Below are positions 34,775 through 43,063 of a stretch of 64,000 nucleotides of DNA, piece by piece. Source of the DNA: Candidatus Rokuibacteriota bacterium. Lineage in GTDB: Bacteria; Methylomirabilota; Methylomirabilia; Rokubacteriales; CSP1-6. A program made the position numbers and the translations under genes. Numbering within the stretch: position 1 is the first letter of the stretch; each line of letters starts with the position of its first letter. The notes under the pieces are model-generated. The model saw nothing but the letters and a program-made list of their open reading frames with translations. It ran no database searches and was not told the DNA's origin. Location of the stretch: positions 8,782 through 72,781 of the forward strand of contig QHTD01000155.1 of NCBI GenBank assembly GCA_003220675.1, written 5' to 3'.

Positions 34775-35491
34775 TCATGGAACCGCTACGCGAGCCTCCC
34801 GATGGGCGGTGGCGGCGGCCGCGTAGCCCACGAGGAGCGGGTGGGGCCTGGATGCCGTCGAGCGGGACTGCGGCAGGAACAGGGTGGCGAGGAAGAACGG
34901 ATGATCGGGAATCTCGACGATCCTGACCTCGCCCGCGCCGCCCAGCCCGCTTACCCGGAGTCCGCCGGCCTCGAGCAGTCGGTGGTAGTCCGGGTTGACA
35001 CCGTAGTTGCAGTAATAGTCCTCGGTCGCCTCGGTAACGCCGTAGAGCGCCGAGGCGCGGCTATCGGGGAGCACGAAGACCGTCTGCGGCTGCCCGACGA
35101 GCGAGCACGCGAGCGGCGTGATGACGAGCCGCCGGGCACTGGGCGCCGTCTCGGCGTGGTCGGCGTCTCGGAACCCGAGAACGTTGCGCGCGAACTCGAC
35201 GATCGCGTGCTGGAAGCCGCCTCAGGTACCGACGAGGGGAACTCCCCGTTCCCGCGCGTAGCGGATCGCCGAGAGCGCGCCGTCCATGCTGCGGTACGGA
35301 CTCGCCGGTGCGATCCAGATTCCGTGGTACGCAGCGAGTCGCTTCTCGGGCTCGTCCTCGATCGCGTCCGTCGGCACCCACTCGAAGGGGAGCCGAACAT
35401 GGTCGAGCGCCTCGTTCGTCAAGCGATGGGTAGGGTTCTTCGGATTGAAGTCGCCCACGACTCCGATTAAAGCGCTCATGTCCCGCGACAT
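34775..35491 (-). CDS. CTP-synthase-C-terminal-type class I glutamine amidotransferase with in-frame TGA (candidate selenocysteine) at the nucleophile position
   Basis: ORFs 35222..35491 and 34775..35074 share one frame, and read-through of TGA 35224-35222 gives 238 uninterrupted codons. The TGA sits in RERGVPLVGT-U-GGFQHAIVEFARNVLG (compare PyrG GICLGMQ..IEFARNV). The ATG is 1 nt after the livM stop. Confidence 0.75.
35186..35210 (-). promoter_or_regulatory. candidate SECIS-like stem-loop 11 nt downstream of the in-frame UGA
   Basis: GCACGCGA-UCGUCGAGU-UCGCGCGC gives 7 pairs plus one A/C mismatch and a 9-nt loop containing GU. The spacing resembles that of the E. coli fdhF SECIS. Confidence 0.4.
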
Positions 35492-35492
35492 C

Positions 35493-36416
35493 CTAGCACG
35501 CGCGCCTGGCGAGCGTGCGCAGGCGCGCCGCCGCCTCCACGAGCCCGCCCGGCAGGAGCAGAACGATCGTGATGAACAGCGCGCCGAAGATCAACAGGTG
35601 GAAGTCCACCCAGCGGATCGCCAGGTACTCCTTGAGGAAGACGTAGAAGATCGCGCCCAGCACCGGGCCGTGGACCGTGCCGACGCCGCCGATGAACGTG
35701 ATGAGGAGGGCGTCGAAGGTCCAGTGCGGCCCGAAGGGGTGCGCAGGGTAGTAGCTGATGTGGTAATAGGCGAAGAGCCCGCCCGCGAGCCCGGCGAGCG
35801 CCGTCGAGAGCACCAGGGCCAGGAGCTTGAGCCTGAGCGTGCCGACGCCGCTGGCCTCGGCCGCCTCTTCGTCCTCGCGGACCGCCTGCATGCCGAGGCC
35901 GGCCCGCGAGCGCTCGAGGGCCGCCACGACGCCGACGGCCACCGCCGCCAGCGCGAGCGCGAAATAGTAGCGGTCGGCGAGGCGGTAGGCGCCGATCGTC
36001 GCCGTCGGCAGCGTCGAGACCTCGGGCAGCACGTTGCCGACGGTGATGCGCAAGATTTCGCCGAGCGCGAGCGTGCCGATGGCGAAGTAGGCGCCTCGGA
36101 GACGGAAGGCGACGGCGCCGACGAGCAGCGCGAACGCGGTCGCGGCCAGCGCGCCCAGCGCCGCCCCCGCGAGCACCGGCCACTCGGCGATCCAGAGCGT
36201 GCGCGTGACGAGGGCGCCGAGGCCGAAGAACGCCGCGTGGCCGAGGTTGATCTGGCCGGCGTAGCCGGCGACGACGTTCCACGACTGGGCGAGCGCCACC
36301 GAGAGGAGCACGAGGAAGAGGAAGTTCAGCACGTCGTCGCGCCGGACGACGAGCGGCACCGCCGCCAGGGCGGCCAGCGCCGTCACGCCGAGCGCGAGCC
36401 ACCCGCGACGGCTCAT
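35493..36416 (-). CDS. livM: branched-chain amino acid ABC transporter permease
   Basis: The ATG overlaps the livH stop (ATGA). AGYAGQINLGHAAFFGLGA, REDEEAAEASGV. Confidence 0.9.
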   Translation of the reverse strand: MSRRGWLALGVTALAALAAVPLVVRRDDVLNFLFLVLLSVALAQSWNVVAGYAGQINLGHAAFFGLGALVTRTLWIAEWPVLAGAALGALAATAFALLVGAVAFRLRGAYFAIGTLALGEILRITVGNVLPEVSTLPTATIGAYRLADRYYFALALAAVAVGVVAALERSRAGLGMQAVREDEEAAEASGVGTLRLKLLALVLSTALAGLAGGLFAYYHISYYPAHPFGPHWTFDALLITFIGGVGTVHGPVLGAIFYVFLKEYLAIRWVDFHLLIFGALFITIVLLLPGGLVEAAARLRTLARRAC

Positions 36417-37279
36417 CGCGCGAAGAGCCCCCGGGGCCGTGCGACGAGCACGGCCAGGAAGATGACGAGGCCGACGACCTCGCGGTACGGCCCGCCGAAC
36501 GCGAACGCGCTCGCCGCCTCCGCGAGGCCGAGGACGAGACCACCGACGAAGGTGCCGAGCATCGAGCCGAGCCCGGCGAGGACGACTACGATGAGCGCCT
36601 TCAGCGTCCACTCGAGCCCGATGGACGGGCTGATCGAGTAGCCGACGCTCACGAGCGTCCCCGCGGCGCCGGCGAGACCGGTGCCGATTGCGAAGGCAAG
36701 GAGGTAAGCGCGCCGGACGTCGATGCCGGTGAGCGCCGCGGCCTCCCAGTCCTCCGCGGTCGCGCGGATCGCCCGCCCCCAGCGCCAGCGCTGGAGCAGG
36801 AGGTGGAGCGCGCCGATCAGCGCGAAGGCGAGGACGAGGCTCGCCAGGCGGACGAGGGGAATCGCGATGGGGCCGAGGGAGAGGACGGCGCCGGCGTAGG
36901 TGGTCGTGATCGAGCGCTCGTCCGCCGTCCACAGGCGCACGGCCAGAGCGTGCGTCGCGAGCGCCAGTCCGAAACCGATCAGCAGCGAGTTCTTGATACG
37001 CGTCTCCTCGTGCGCCCGCACGACGAAGGCGAAGAGGCCCCAGTAGAGCAGCACGCCGAACGCGAGCGCGCCGGCGACGACGAGCGGAAGCGCGAGCAGC
37101 GGATCGAAACCCAGGAGTACCCAGAGCCAGAAGGCGCCGTAGCCGCCCAGCATGATCAGCTCGCCGTGGGCGACGTTGAGGACCTTCAAGACGCCGAAGA
37201 CGAGCGAGAGGCCGGCCGCGGCGAGGCCGTAGAGGCCGCCGACGAGGAGCCCGAGCACCAGCTGCTGGACGAGGATCAT
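36413..37279 (-). CDS. livH: branched-chain amino acid ABC transporter permease
   Basis: MILVQQLVLGLLVGGLYGLAAAGLSLVFGVLKVLNVAHGE, a typical LivH N-terminus. Confidence 0.9.
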   Translation of the reverse strand: MILVQQLVLGLLVGGLYGLAAAGLSLVFGVLKVLNVAHGELIMLGGYGAFWLWVLLGFDPLLALPLVVAGALAFGVLLYWGLFAFVVRAHEETRIKNSLLIGFGLALATHALAVRLWTADERSITTTYAGAVLSLGPIAIPLVRLASLVLAFALIGALHLLLQRWRWGRAIRATAEDWEAAALTGIDVRRAYLLAFAIGTGLAGAAGTLVSVGYSISPSIGLEWTLKALIVVVLAGLGSMLGTFVGGLVLGLAEAASAFAFGGPYREVVGLVIFLAVLVARPRGLFAR

Positions 37280-38016
37280 GGTAGCGGGGGCCGCGAGCCC
37301 GGCAAACTCGCGAGCGGGCCGAGATAGGCGCGGCGCACGTGCGGATCCTGGAGCAGCGCGGGGCCGCTGCCCTCGCCCGCGACGCGCCCGGCCTCGAGGA
37401 TATAGGCGCGGTGGGCGAGACCGAGGGCGGCCTGGACATTCTGCTCGACGAGGAGGATGGACACGCCGCCCCGGTTGATTTCGCCGATGACGCCGAGGAT
37501 CGTCTCGACGATACGCGGCGCGAGACCGAGGGAGGGCTCGTCGAGGATCAGCAGGCGCGGCGCGGCCATCAGCGCGCGTCCGATCGCCACCATCTGCTGC
37601 TGGCCGCCCGAGAGCGTGCCGGCGAGCTGGCGCCGCCGCTCGCGCAGGATCGGGAAGATCTCGTAAATCCGCTCGCGGCCTCGGCCGAGCCCCGCACGCG
37701 CGTGGGGCGTGAAGGCGCCCAGGTCCAGATTCTCCTCGACGGTCATCCCGCCGAAGAGCCGCCGTCCCTCGGGCACGACCGCGAGGCCGCGCTCGACGAT
37801 CGCGTGCGGCAGGAGGCCCACGATCTCCGCACCGCCGAAACGGATGCGCCCGGCGCGCGGCACCAGGAGCCCCGTGACGCAGCGGATGAGGGTCGTCTTC
37901 CCTGCCCCGTTCGGGCCCAGGAGCGCAACGATCTCGCCGGGGCCGACCCGCAGGGTGACGCCCGAGAGGGCAAGGAACGGCCCGTAGGCGGCCTCGACCG
38001 CCTCGACCTCAAGCAC
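37276..38016 (-). CDS. livF: ABC transporter ATP-binding protein (LivF type)
   Basis: Walker A GPNGAGKTT, signature LSGGQQQM, Walker B LLILDEPS. Confidence 0.9.
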   Translation of the reverse strand: MLEVEAVEAAYGPFLALSGVTLRVGPGEIVALLGPNGAGKTTLIRCVTGLLVPRAGRIRFGGAEIVGLLPHAIVERGLAVVPEGRRLFGGMTVEENLDLGAFTPHARAGLGRGRERIYEIFPILRERRRQLAGTLSGGQQQMVAIGRALMAAPRLLILDEPSLGLAPRIVETILGVIGEINRGGVSILLVEQNVQAALGLAHRAYILEAGRVAGEGSGPALLQDPHVRRAYLGPLASLPGSRPPLP

Positions 38017-38749
38017 GCCGCGCGCCCCCGGCTCCCGTGCCGAGATAGACGTCCACGACGGTCGGGTCGGCGGCGACGGCGTCCGGCGGTCCTTCGGCGA
38101 TCTTCTCGCCCGCGCTCAGCACGATCACCCGGCGCGAGAGGTCGAGAAGCGCCCAGACGATATGCTCGACCATGAGGATCGTCACGCCTTCCCGCTGGAG
38201 CCGCCGCAACAGCACCATCACGCCCTCCGTCTCGACGGGGCTGAGGCCGGCCATCAGCTCGTCGAGCAGCAGGAGGTGCGGCGCGGTCGCGAGCGCGCGC
38301 GCCAGCTCCAGGCGCTTGCGATCCATCAGCGTGAGCGACGCGGCTGGCACGTGCCCGCGGCCACCGAGGCCGACGAGCGCGAGCAACCGTTCGGCCTCGG
38401 CGGCGGCCGTCGCGCGGCGCTCGCGCGCGCGGCCGTAGAGGCGACCGACCAGCACGTTCTCGAGCGCGGAGAGCCCGGCGAACGGCCGGACGTGCTGAAA
38501 CGTGCGCGTGATGCCCTCGGCGCAGACGCGGTGGGGCGACCAGCCCGTGATGTCGCGGCCGGCCAGGCGGATGCGCCCGGCGTCCGGACGGAGCGCGCCG
38601 GTGATCAGGTTGAAGAGAGTGGTCTTCCCCGATCCGTTGGGGCCCATGACCCCGACGAGCTCGCCCTCGTCGACGGTGAAGCTGACTCCGCTGACCGCGC
38701 GGACGCCGCCGAAGGCCTTGGAGACACCCTCCAGTTCGAGGAGCGCCAA
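38009..38749 (-). CDS. livG: ABC transporter ATP-binding protein (LivG type)
   Basis: GPNGSGKTTLFNLITG, GITRTFQ, LLLLDELMAGL. Confidence 0.9.
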   Translation of the reverse strand: MALLELEGVSKAFGGVRAVSGVSFTVDEGELVGVMGPNGSGKTTLFNLITGALRPDAGRIRLAGRDITGWSPHRVCAEGITRTFQHVRPFAGLSALENVLVGRLYGRARERRATAAAEAERLLALVGLGGRGHVPAASLTLMDRKRLELARALATAPHLLLLDELMAGLSPVETEGVMVLLRRLQREGVTILMVEHIVWALLDLSRRVIVLSAGEKIAEGPPDAVAADPTVVDVYLGTGAGGARRA

Positions 38750-38764
38750 CGCTCCGCTAGGCCC

Positions 38765-39946
38765 TCACCGGCTCGCGAAGGGCGGCGCCGGGTAGGCGAG
38801 CTTCGCCGTTGCGGAGTCCCTCGGCCACACCAGCTCCTGCTTGCCGTTGAGCCACTGGACGAACACGGCGTTGACGATCCCCGTGCCGTCAGCGCGGAAC
38901 TTGACGGGGCCGATGACCGTCGTCATGTCGGTCGCCGCGATCGCGTCACGGATCCGGTCGCGGTCGAGCGAGCCTGCTCGGCCGATCGCGTTGGCGAGGA
39001 TCTGCACGCACGCGTAGGCGGGGCCGGCGATCGGATCGGCGGGGCGGCCGACCTTCTTCTCGTGCGCCTCGTTCAGCTCTTTCACTCCCGACGCTCTGAT
39101 CGCGTGGTGCCAGCCCGGCCCGAGCACGACATAGTCGCCGTCCTTGCCGAGGTTCTTCGCCCACACCGGTGGATCGGGCGCGCGGATCAGCATCGTCAGC
39201 TTCGGGTTGTAGCCGAGCTCCTTCATCTGCTTGACGATCGTCATGCCATCGGGCGGAGTCGGCAGTCCGAACACGACGTCGGCGTTGGCGCTCTTGGCCT
39301 TCAGAATGAGGTCGGAGAAGTCCTTGGCGCCGGGCGCGTACTCGGCGTTGACGACCACCTGGTAGCCGGCACCCTTGCCGGCCTCGGTCCACGCCGTCGC
39401 CATCTCGCGCCCCCAGTCGGTCTTCTCCTGGAAGATCGCCGCGGTCTTCGGACGCTCGCCGGCGGGAATGGAGGCGAGGAGATCCGCGGTGCCCTGGCGA
39501 ATATCGGGCGACTTCCAGAAGGGCGAGAAGAGATAGCGGAAGCCCTGCTGGTGGATCTTGTGGAGCGCGAAGGCGACGCCGAGGTAGGGCGTCTTGTTCT
39601 TCTCGGCGACCGACGCGGCGGCCGCGTGCAGGTCGGAGCCGAACCCGCCGAGATAGGCGACGACGCCCTGTGCGGCCAGCGTCTCGAGGCGGCTCACGGT
39701 CTTGGTGGCGTCCGACTCGTCGTCCAGCAGCGCGAGCTCGAGGGCCATCTTCTTGCCGCCGACGGCGACGCCGCCGGCGGCGTTCACGTGTTCGACGGCG
39801 ATCTCGTAGCCGGCCCGGACCTGCGCGCCGCCGCCGCCGTAGCGTCCGGTGAGAGGCACAACGGCGCCGACCTTGATAGTCTGGGCGGCCGCGAGCGCCG
39901 GCCAGGCGACGAGCAATGCGAGCAGCGCGACTCGGAGAGCTTTCAT
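38765..39946 (-). CDS. livK: ABC transporter periplasmic amino-acid-binding protein (LivK/LivJ family)
   Basis: ATG 39946 with RBS AAGGAGG. Signal peptide MKALRVALLALLVAWPALAAA, then IKVGAVVPLTG. Confidence 0.85.
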   Translation of the reverse strand: MKALRVALLALLVAWPALAAAQTIKVGAVVPLTGRYGGGGAQVRAGYEIAVEHVNAAGGVAVGGKKMALELALLDDESDATKTVSRLETLAAQGVVAYLGGFGSDLHAAAASVAEKNKTPYLGVAFALHKIHQQGFRYLFSPFWKSPDIRQGTADLLASIPAGERPKTAAIFQEKTDWGREMATAWTEAGKGAGYQVVVNAEYAPGAKDFSDLILKAKSANADVVFGLPTPPDGMTIVKQMKELGYNPKLTMLIRAPDPPVWAKNLGKDGDYVVLGPGWHHAIRASGVKELNEAHEKKVGRPADPIAGPAYACVQILANAIGRAGSLDRDRIRDAIAATDMTTVIGPVKFRADGTGIVNAVFVQWLNGKQELVWPRDSATAKLAYPAPPFASR

Positions 39947-40140
39947 TGACGCCTCCTTGAGCGTGTCAACGCCTCTTCGGCGGGTGGGCGCGCACGGCCT
40001 CTTCATTGACCGCGGTGCCGCAGCTCGGACCCGTCGGCAGGAGGAGATGTGATCTTGAGGAAGTCGGGCGATTTTTCATGGCGGCCAATATAGCAGCACA
40101 GGCCTCGCCACGAACAGGGACCTCGAGAGGCGCACGCGAA

Positions 40141-40225
40141 AGCTCGGGGGCGGGACCGGTACGCCGCCCCCGAGCTCGCTGTGTAGTGCGCAGCGTCACG
40201 CTGCGCGTCCCGGCATACGCCGGGA
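40141..40225. other. three consecutive GC-rich hairpins in a 521-bp divergent intergenic region
   Basis: Three perfect stems:
- 13 bp: agctcgggggcgg/ccgcccccgagct, 40141-40176
- 8 bp: gcgcagcg-tca-cgctgcgc, 40188-40206
- 7 bp: tcccggc-atac-gccggga, 40208-40225. Confidence 0.6.
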
Positions 40226-40467
40226 CTTCAGTACGGCCAAGCGATTGCTAGGCGCGCCGCCGGCGCCAGAGCACCCGCGGCGCGCCAGACGAGCCGGGTG
40301 GAGTTTCCATGATCAACCTCCACATCGGTTGGCGCCACGACCAGGAGGAGGCGCCTTCCCCTCCCGTCACATCTCACTTAACTCCCGGCAGGCTCGGAGT
40401 CAAGCGGCCAGGGGTGGCCGGATTGGAGGTATGATTGCGCCGCGAATCGTCCCGAAAGGGGAGCGAC

Positions 40468-42555
40468 ATGACAGCCATCACCCCGTCCGTCGATCTCGAT
40501 CGCCGCGGCCGCATCGCCGTGCTCACCATCAACAACCCGCCCGTCAACGCGCTGAGCCAGCACGTGCGCCAGGGGCTGCGTGACGGCGTCACCCAGGCGA
40601 TCGCCGACGCGGCGGTCGGCGCCATCGTCATCACCTGCGCCGGGCGCACCTTCATCGCCGGCGCCGACATCACCGAGTTCGGCAAGCCGCCGAGGGAGCC
40701 CGGCCTCCACGAGGTGCTCGACCTGATCGAGAGCTCCCCGAAACCCGTGGTCGCCGCCGTGCACGGCACCGCGCTCGGCGGCGGGCTCGAGGTCACGCTC
40801 GCGTGCCACTACCGGGTCGGCGTCAGGACGGCGCGCTTCGGCCTGCCCGAAGTCAAGCTCGGCCTCCTGCCCGGCGCCGGGGGCACGCAACGGCTGCCGC
40901 GGGTGGTCGGCGTCGAGAAAGCGCTCCAGATGATCGTGAGCGGTGAGCCGATCGGCGCTGACGCGGCCCTCAACCACGGCCTGATCGACGCGATCGTGGA
41001 CGGTGACCTCACGGCGGCGGGCGTGGCCTTCGCCGAGAAGATCCTCAGCGAGAGGCGGCCCCTCAAGAAGATCCGCGACCTCGAGGACGCGCTCGCGGCG
41101 GCGCGCGGCAAGCCCGAGGTCTTCGCGGACTTTCGTAAATCCGTCGCACGGCAGACGCGCGGGTTCCGCGCGCCGGAGAGCTGCATCAAAGCCGTCGAGG
41201 CGGCGGTGAACCTGCCGTTCGACGCGGGGCTCAGGCGCGAGCGCGAGCTCTTTCTCGAGCTGATGGCCTCGCCCGAGTCGAAGGCGCAGCGCTACTTCTT
41301 CTTCGCCGAGCGGGAGGCGGCGAAGATCCCGGACGTCCCGCCCGACACGCCGGCGAAGGAGATCAAGACCGCGGCGGTGGTGGGCGCCGGCACGATGGGC
41401 GGCGGGATCGCGATGACCTTCGCCAACGTCGGCATCCCCGTCAGCGTGGTCGAGATCTCCCGCGAACCGCTGGAGCGCGGCCTCGCCGTCGTACGAAAGA
41501 ACTACGAGGCGACGGCGAGCAAGGGGCGGCTCACGGCGGCCGACGTGGACAAGCGCATGGGGCTCATCCGGGGAACCACCGACTTCGGCGCGATCGCCGA
41601 CGCCGACATCGTGATCGAGGCGGTCTTCGAGGAGATGGCGGTCAAGAAAGACGTCTTCGCGAAGCTCGACAAGATCTGCAAGGCCGACGCGGTGCTCGCC
41701 ACCAACACCTCGACGCTCGACGTCAACGAGATCGCGGGGGCGACCGCGCGGCCGGAGAGCGTCATCGGCATGCACTTCTTCTCCCCCGCCAACGTCATGA
41801 AGCTCCTCGAGGTCGTGCGCGGCGCCAAGACGTCGAAGCCCGTGATCGCGACGGCGATGAGCGTCGGCCGGCGCATCGGCAAGGTCCCGGTGCTGGTCGG
41901 CGTCTGCTATGGCTTCGTCGGTAACCGCATGCTCCACCAGCGCGGCAAGCAGGCGGAGCGGCTCATTCTCGAGGGCGCGCTCCCGCAGCAGGTGGACAAG
42001 GTGCTCTACGATTTCGGATTCCCCATGGGGCCGTTCGCGATGGGCGACCTCGCCGGCCTCGACGTGGGCTGGCGGATCCGCAAGGGGCGGGGCGAGCGCG
42101 CCCTGATCGCCGACCGCCTCTGCGAGCTCGGGCGCTTCGGCCAGAAGACCGGCGCCGGCTATTACCGCTACGAGGGCGGCGACCGCACGCCGATCCCCGA
42201 TCCCGACGTCGAGAAGATCATCCTCGAGGTCTCCAGGGAGCAGTCGGTCCAGCGCCGCCCGATCTCGGACCAGGAGATCCTCGAGCGCCTGCTCTACCCG
42301 ATGGTGAACGAGGGAGCGAAGATCCTCGAGGAGAAGCTCGCGATCCGCGCGAGCGACATCGACGTGATCTGGGTCTACGGCTACGGCTGGCCGGTCTACC
42401 GGGGCGGCCCGATGTTCTGGGCGGACCAGGTGGGGCTCAAGGCGATCAAGACCCGCATGCTGGAGACCCAGCGCCGGCACGGGGACGTCTGGCAACCGGC
42501 CGCGCTCCTGAGCCGGCTGGCGGACGCGGGCAAGGCGTTCCTGGACGCCTCATGA
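40468..42555 (+). CDS. bifunctional enoyl-CoA hydratase / 3-hydroxyacyl-CoA dehydrogenase (FadB/FadJ-like)
   Basis: The start at ATG 40468 follows AAAGGGGAG. Crotonase part IAVLTINNPPVNAL, FIAGADI, GTALGGGLEV. Dehydrogenase part VVGAGTMGGGIA, and a HACD C-terminal domain. Confidence 0.9.
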   Translation: MTAITPSVDLDRRGRIAVLTINNPPVNALSQHVRQGLRDGVTQAIADAAVGAIVITCAGRTFIAGADITEFGKPPREPGLHEVLDLIESSPKPVVAAVHGTALGGGLEVTLACHYRVGVRTARFGLPEVKLGLLPGAGGTQRLPRVVGVEKALQMIVSGEPIGADAALNHGLIDAIVDGDLTAAGVAFAEKILSERRPLKKIRDLEDALAAARGKPEVFADFRKSVARQTRGFRAPESCIKAVEAAVNLPFDAGLRRERELFLELMASPESKAQRYFFFAEREAAKIPDVPPDTPAKEIKTAAVVGAGTMGGGIAMTFANVGIPVSVVEISREPLERGLAVVRKNYEATASKGRLTAADVDKRMGLIRGTTDFGAIADADIVIEAVFEEMAVKKDVFAKLDKICKADAVLATNTSTLDVNEIAGATARPESVIGMHFFSPANVMKLLEVVRGAKTSKPVIATAMSVGRRIGKVPVLVGVCYGFVGNRMLHQRGKQAERLILEGALPQQVDKVLYDFGFPMGPFAMGDLAGLDVGWRIRKGRGERALIADRLCELGRFGQKTGAGYYRYEGGDRTPIPDPDVEKIILEVSREQSVQRRPISDQEILERLLYPMVNEGAKILEEKLAIRASDIDVIWVYGYGWPVYRGGPMFWADQVGLKAIKTRMLETQRRHGDVWQPAALLSRLADAGKAFLDAS

Positions 42556-42728
42556 CAGAGCCATCGGGGCCCGATCCCGTCGTCGAGGCCTACAAGAAGC
42601 ACCTCGACCGCTCGCTCATCCGGCAGAACCTCCAGCGTTCCATCCAGGAGCGGCTCGAGGCGCTGATGGAGCTCCAGCGCCTCGCGGAAGAGCTGCAGCG
42701 CTCGGGTCGCCGCATCGGGACGCGATGA
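42552..42728 (+). CDS. small (58 aa) coiled-coil-like hypothetical protein, translationally coupled
   Basis: The ATG overlaps the fadB-like stop (ATGA). It reads MTEPSGPDPVVEAYKKHLDRSLIRQNLQRSIQERLEALMELQRLAEELQRSGRRIGTR. Not listed in the ORF track. Confidence 0.35.
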   Translation: MTEPSGPDPVVEAYKKHLDRSLIRQNLQRSIQERLEALMELQRLAEELQRSGRRIGTR

Positions 42729-42793
42729 CCGATTTCGAAGGCCGGCTGGAGCAGCGCTAGCAGCCGTTCCCGGTGTACAATAGCGCCCTGCCC

Positions 42794-43021
42794 ATGAATC
42801 GGGTGATCCGGCTGACTCCCGAGCACACCCTCCGCCGGGCCGCGAAGCGGTTCCTGGAGGCGCCGGGGGACAACTGCCCGAAGTGCGAGAGCACGTACGT
42901 GCGCCGCGAGCCCGCGTTCATCCACTGCCGCTGCTGTGGCAACCTCGCGCGGATCGCGAACGCGTCGCTCGCGGACCAGGCGTTGTACGAGCTCCGTGCC
43001 GGCCTGCGTCTGGCGTCCTGA
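42794..43021 (+). CDS. small zinc-ribbon protein
   Basis: CPKC...CRCC. The ORF-track start GTG 42773 lies within or next to a TACAAT hexamer (42776-42781), so ATG 42794 (MNRVIRL...) is preferred. Confidence 0.45.
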   Translation: MNRVIRLTPEHTLRRAAKRFLEAPGDNCPKCESTYVRREPAFIHCRCCGNLARIANASLADQALYELRAGLRLAS

Positions 43022-43063
43022 CAAGGCCGTCAAGGCCCTTCGATGATCTAGCAGCGTGTCGGG

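Noticed and set aside
35222-35224. Reading the TGA as a genuine stop, giving two separate small genes or a broken pseudogene.
   Set aside because: Kept as the alternative hypothesis but considered less likely. Both halves are intact and in one frame. The codon coincides with the catalytic Cys column of the amidotransferase fold. A hairpin follows at SECIS-like spacing. The question cannot be settled without the rest of the genome.
40308-40433. A 41-codon upstream ORF (MINLHIGWRHDQEE...) with a GGTGGAG-like SD in the long fadB-like leader region.
   Set aside because: No recognisable peptide features. It is easily generated by chance in GC-rich DNA. Left as part of the hairpin-cluster finding only.
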